This document shows, one piece after another, positions 61,016 to 64,000 of a DNA stretch of 64,000 bases. The DNA lies in the NCBI RefSeq assembly GCF_006345805.1, contig NC_043003.1, positions 105,834,001-105,898,000 on the forward strand, in the 5' to 3' direction. Source of the stretch: Octopus sinensis. Lineage: Eukaryota. The notes below the pieces were generated by a model. That model made no database searches. It was not told the origin of the DNA and worked only from the letters and a program-made list of their open reading frames with translations. Each line of letters starts with the position of its first letter. The stretch's first letter is position 1. Both the position numbers and the translations under genes were made by a program.

Positions 61016-61310
61016 TGAATGCACTTAATTGTATCGTGTGGTGCACCAGTGTACCACTGCACATCTAACTACAGCTTGTGGTGCAGTATGGTGTAATTGG
61101 GAACCAATGACCTGGACGGATGGAAAGTGAAGTCAACTTTGTCTTTGAACACAGAATATAACAGGGTATAACTAAATAATAGATGATGATAATAAAAATA
61201 ACAAACTTATTCTATACAGTGCTCAGGTGCTCTATGGTTCGTCAGCAAAAGTAGCCAAAAGCTCATGAACAGGAAATGAACTGTGAACAAATCGTTAAAA
61301 CAATAAATAA

Positions 61311-61720
61311 ATCATTGTTTAATGTCCGTTTTCCATGCTAGCATGGGTTGGACGGTTCGACCGGGGATCTGGGAAGCCAGAAGGCTGCACCAGGCTCCGG
61401 TCTTATCTGGCAATGTTTCTACAGCTGGATGCCCTTCCTAACGCCAACCACTCCGTGAGTGTAGTGGGTGCTTTTTACGTGCCACCTGCACTGGTGCCAG
61501 GTGAGGCTGGCATCGGCCACGGTCGGATTGGTGCATTTTACGTGCCACCAGCACGGAAGCCTGTCGAGGTGGCACTGGCTTCGGCATTGATTTGGATGGT
61601 GCTTTTTACGTGCCTCCGACACGGAAGCCAGTCGAGGCGGCGCTGGTATTGGCCACGATTCGGATAGTGCTTTTTACGTATCTCCAGTCCAGGGGTCCTG
61701 GCATCTGCTGGGTGCCAGTC
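61311..61720 (-). mobile_element. RTE LINE 3'UTR and tail with four repeat units
   Basis: Same tail family; ends ~80 bp upstream of SDR exon 2. Confidence 0.87.
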
Positions 61721-61802
61721 GTATATGGCTACAGAATATTTTGCCAGATGTTGATTTAAAACTTTTTACTAAATTTGATGAATTTCTTTTCTCTTTTCCA
61801 AG

Positions 61803-61929
61803 GTTGTGATAGCGGATTTGGTTTTGCAATTGCTCAAAAATTGGATAGCATTGGTATGAAAGTCTTAGCTGGCTGCCTGGACCAGTGCGGCAAAGGAGCA
61901 ACACAATTAAAAAGTTCTTGTTCAGAAAG
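61803..61929 (+). CDS. SDR9C-like dehydrogenase coding exon 2 (GCDSGFGFAIAQKLDSIGMKVLAGCLDQCGKGATQLKSSCSER)
   Basis: ttttccaag acceptor, gtgaga donor, 127 nt, phase 1/2. Completes the TGCDSGFG nucleotide-binding motif across an 18,368-bp intron. Later exons were not found in the window. Confidence 0.94.
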
Positions 61930-64000
61930 GTGAGACGGCTTACATATTTTTAAAATCAATACTTTAACCCTTCACCCGAAGGTGAATGTTGTTGATCCTT
62001 CAGCTGTTGGCTGAGACCACTTGTAATGTACTCAGAGTTCAGTAATGTACTTCGATGTTCACTTACAAGCCACTTCTGATGAGCCATCTGGGCATTTGAG
62101 AGACTCATTTTCTGGTGTGCTCATACACACTGCTCTTCGGCATGGTTCATATATGATGCTTACATTCTTGGATAGTCTGCCTCTGATTCTATAACATCTT
62201 TTTGTGCCCATGGCTTACATTGAGTACAACATATGCAATTTATACTGACTCCCTTTCCTATATTTTCCATACATTTACTCACTTTCACACAAACCATATC
62301 CAGTTATCCTGACACCACATCTACCAACCTAGGACATCGTTCACTTTTCTCAATTAATTGAATAAAAAGAAAATAGGAAAAAGAATGAAAAACATTACTG
62401 TGATATTAATAGAAATGAAAGTGAGTCCTTGTAAGTCTGTTGGTCATTGAGGCATCACTGGAGACATTGTCTTGTGAAGGTCATCAAGGGCAAGGCAGAC
62501 TAATAGAACCCACTCATTTACTTAATTATATTTACTTAATATAATTATTTACTTAATTATAAATCTTATGATGTGGTCTTGAAATGCTGTATGTTTTTAA
62601 GTTTTTCTTTATCAGACCATGTGACACAATTTAATTCATACATGATTAGAGGGACAATTTAAATGTTATGTTTTTGACTTGCTTTCAGTTTGATTTCAAA
62701 AAGCTGTTCATGCCAGCAACCTTGTTATTGCTTAATCCTTTAATCCTTATTTATTTACGTTGACTTGATTTAATCTGTGTTATCTGATAGCTTTGAGATT
62801 TTGATGGTGTGATTGCTCAGTTTTAGAATGACATTGCAGAGTAGGTCTGAGAGACCAGATCTGGCTAGTTTGTACATAAAACAGGTAAAATATTTTGGCT
62901 GGATGTGTCTTGTTTAAATGCTAAAGGGTTAAGCTGATAACGTTTGCCCTACATACATTTATAAGTCTGTCATAGATTGTTGTCTGGGTTTGGCTGAGTC
63001 TTATCTGTAGTAGTTGTGCATTTGGTTTCCTCAACATTAATTTGGAGACCCATTTGTCTTGCATTTGCAGCCGAGTAATGAAACCGTGATGGTTAGCAAT
63101 GTTATTGTTAATAGTTAGCAAGATCATCTGCATTAACGTAGATTAGAGATTATTTGACCTGCAACAGGGAACCCAGTATCGATTATTTCTTTCTTTCATT
63201 TTTATGGTCACTGCAACAAAATGCCTCCTTGCTTGACCTCTTCTATTATGTCCATGGTTATACTTGTACCAACATTGATCTCGAGAATCTGAATTAACTG
63301 TCATATTTAAATATAAGGAGGTCACATTTGGGCCAGCTGTATAACCCCTTTTAGTGGGGGAGCAAATGTGGCACGTACTCCAGCTATGTCACTGAACCAA
63401 ACAACAATAGACATTACTTTTTTCTCTTAAGTGTTGTGTTGGTTTTCAGCAGGTGAATCAATAGGTATCAGACAGTTGTTCTAATAAATTACGCAAATGT
63501 TATTCAGGTATGATTTATTATACTTTGTGGCAAAACCCATTTATGTCAAAATGTAACAAAACTCATTTGTCTTATGAAACCTGGTTGAGTGTTAAGTTCT
63601 CAGGATGTTTTATTTTTTTAAGTATTAGTTTCCAGTTGAGAATTGAAAGTTATAGTTTGGTGTTATTATAATAATGTTAAAACTGGTAATTTCTCTCAAG
63701 CCAGGGGGTAAGTTTAGCCAAAAAAGAAGCTTCTATGCAGCTACTTGACCTGTTAAAACAGTAGCTAGTTTACCTCCTTACACACTACTGTTTCAGAAAA
63801 GGAAAGCCAGTGATTAACACCCATTGAAGATGGATAACCACTCAGAAACCCAGGTCTATGTGTATCATGTAAGGATAGAGATAGGAGCAAATACTAATTG
63901 GACACAGATTGTGTATTGTTAGTCAGCTGGAGGAGATGTCTTCCTGGGGCTAAAAACAACAGTAACACCATCCACTCTTGGACTTCCACATTTAGTTGGC

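Overview
Repeat-dense, AT-rich animal genomic DNA. The SINE and LINE content and the gene sequences fit a coleoid cephalopod, probably an octopus (inference). Three spliced host genes can be rebuilt by hand from GT-AG exons, and the ORF track captures only one of these 12 exons: the last three exons of SYCP3 (+, 5730-8422), a complete 7-exon, 239-aa EMC10 (-, 42829-12538), and the first two exons of a membrane-anchored SDR9C-type short-chain dehydrogenase (+, 43140 onward) lying head-to-head with EMC10 (310 bp between the ATGs). The introns hold tRNA-derived SINEs, RTE-clade LINE remnants, Tc1/mariner, TTAA (piggyBac-type) and Helitron-like elements, and a ~306-bp satellite. Most notable: (1) a short element, in three copies, that joins a tRNA/Pol III head to a minimal hammerhead ribozyme and has Penelope-style inverted ends and ~10-bp target duplications, a candidate Penelope-mobilised ribozyme SINE; (2) several other hammerhead-bearing fold-back elements; (3) a 2-kb TSD-flanked retroelement that encodes only an ORF1/gag-like protein; (4) three local templated duplications; (5) two possible alternative EMC10 isoform signals. 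All calls were made by eye, and repeat boundaries are approximate unless a TSD or TIR is quoted.
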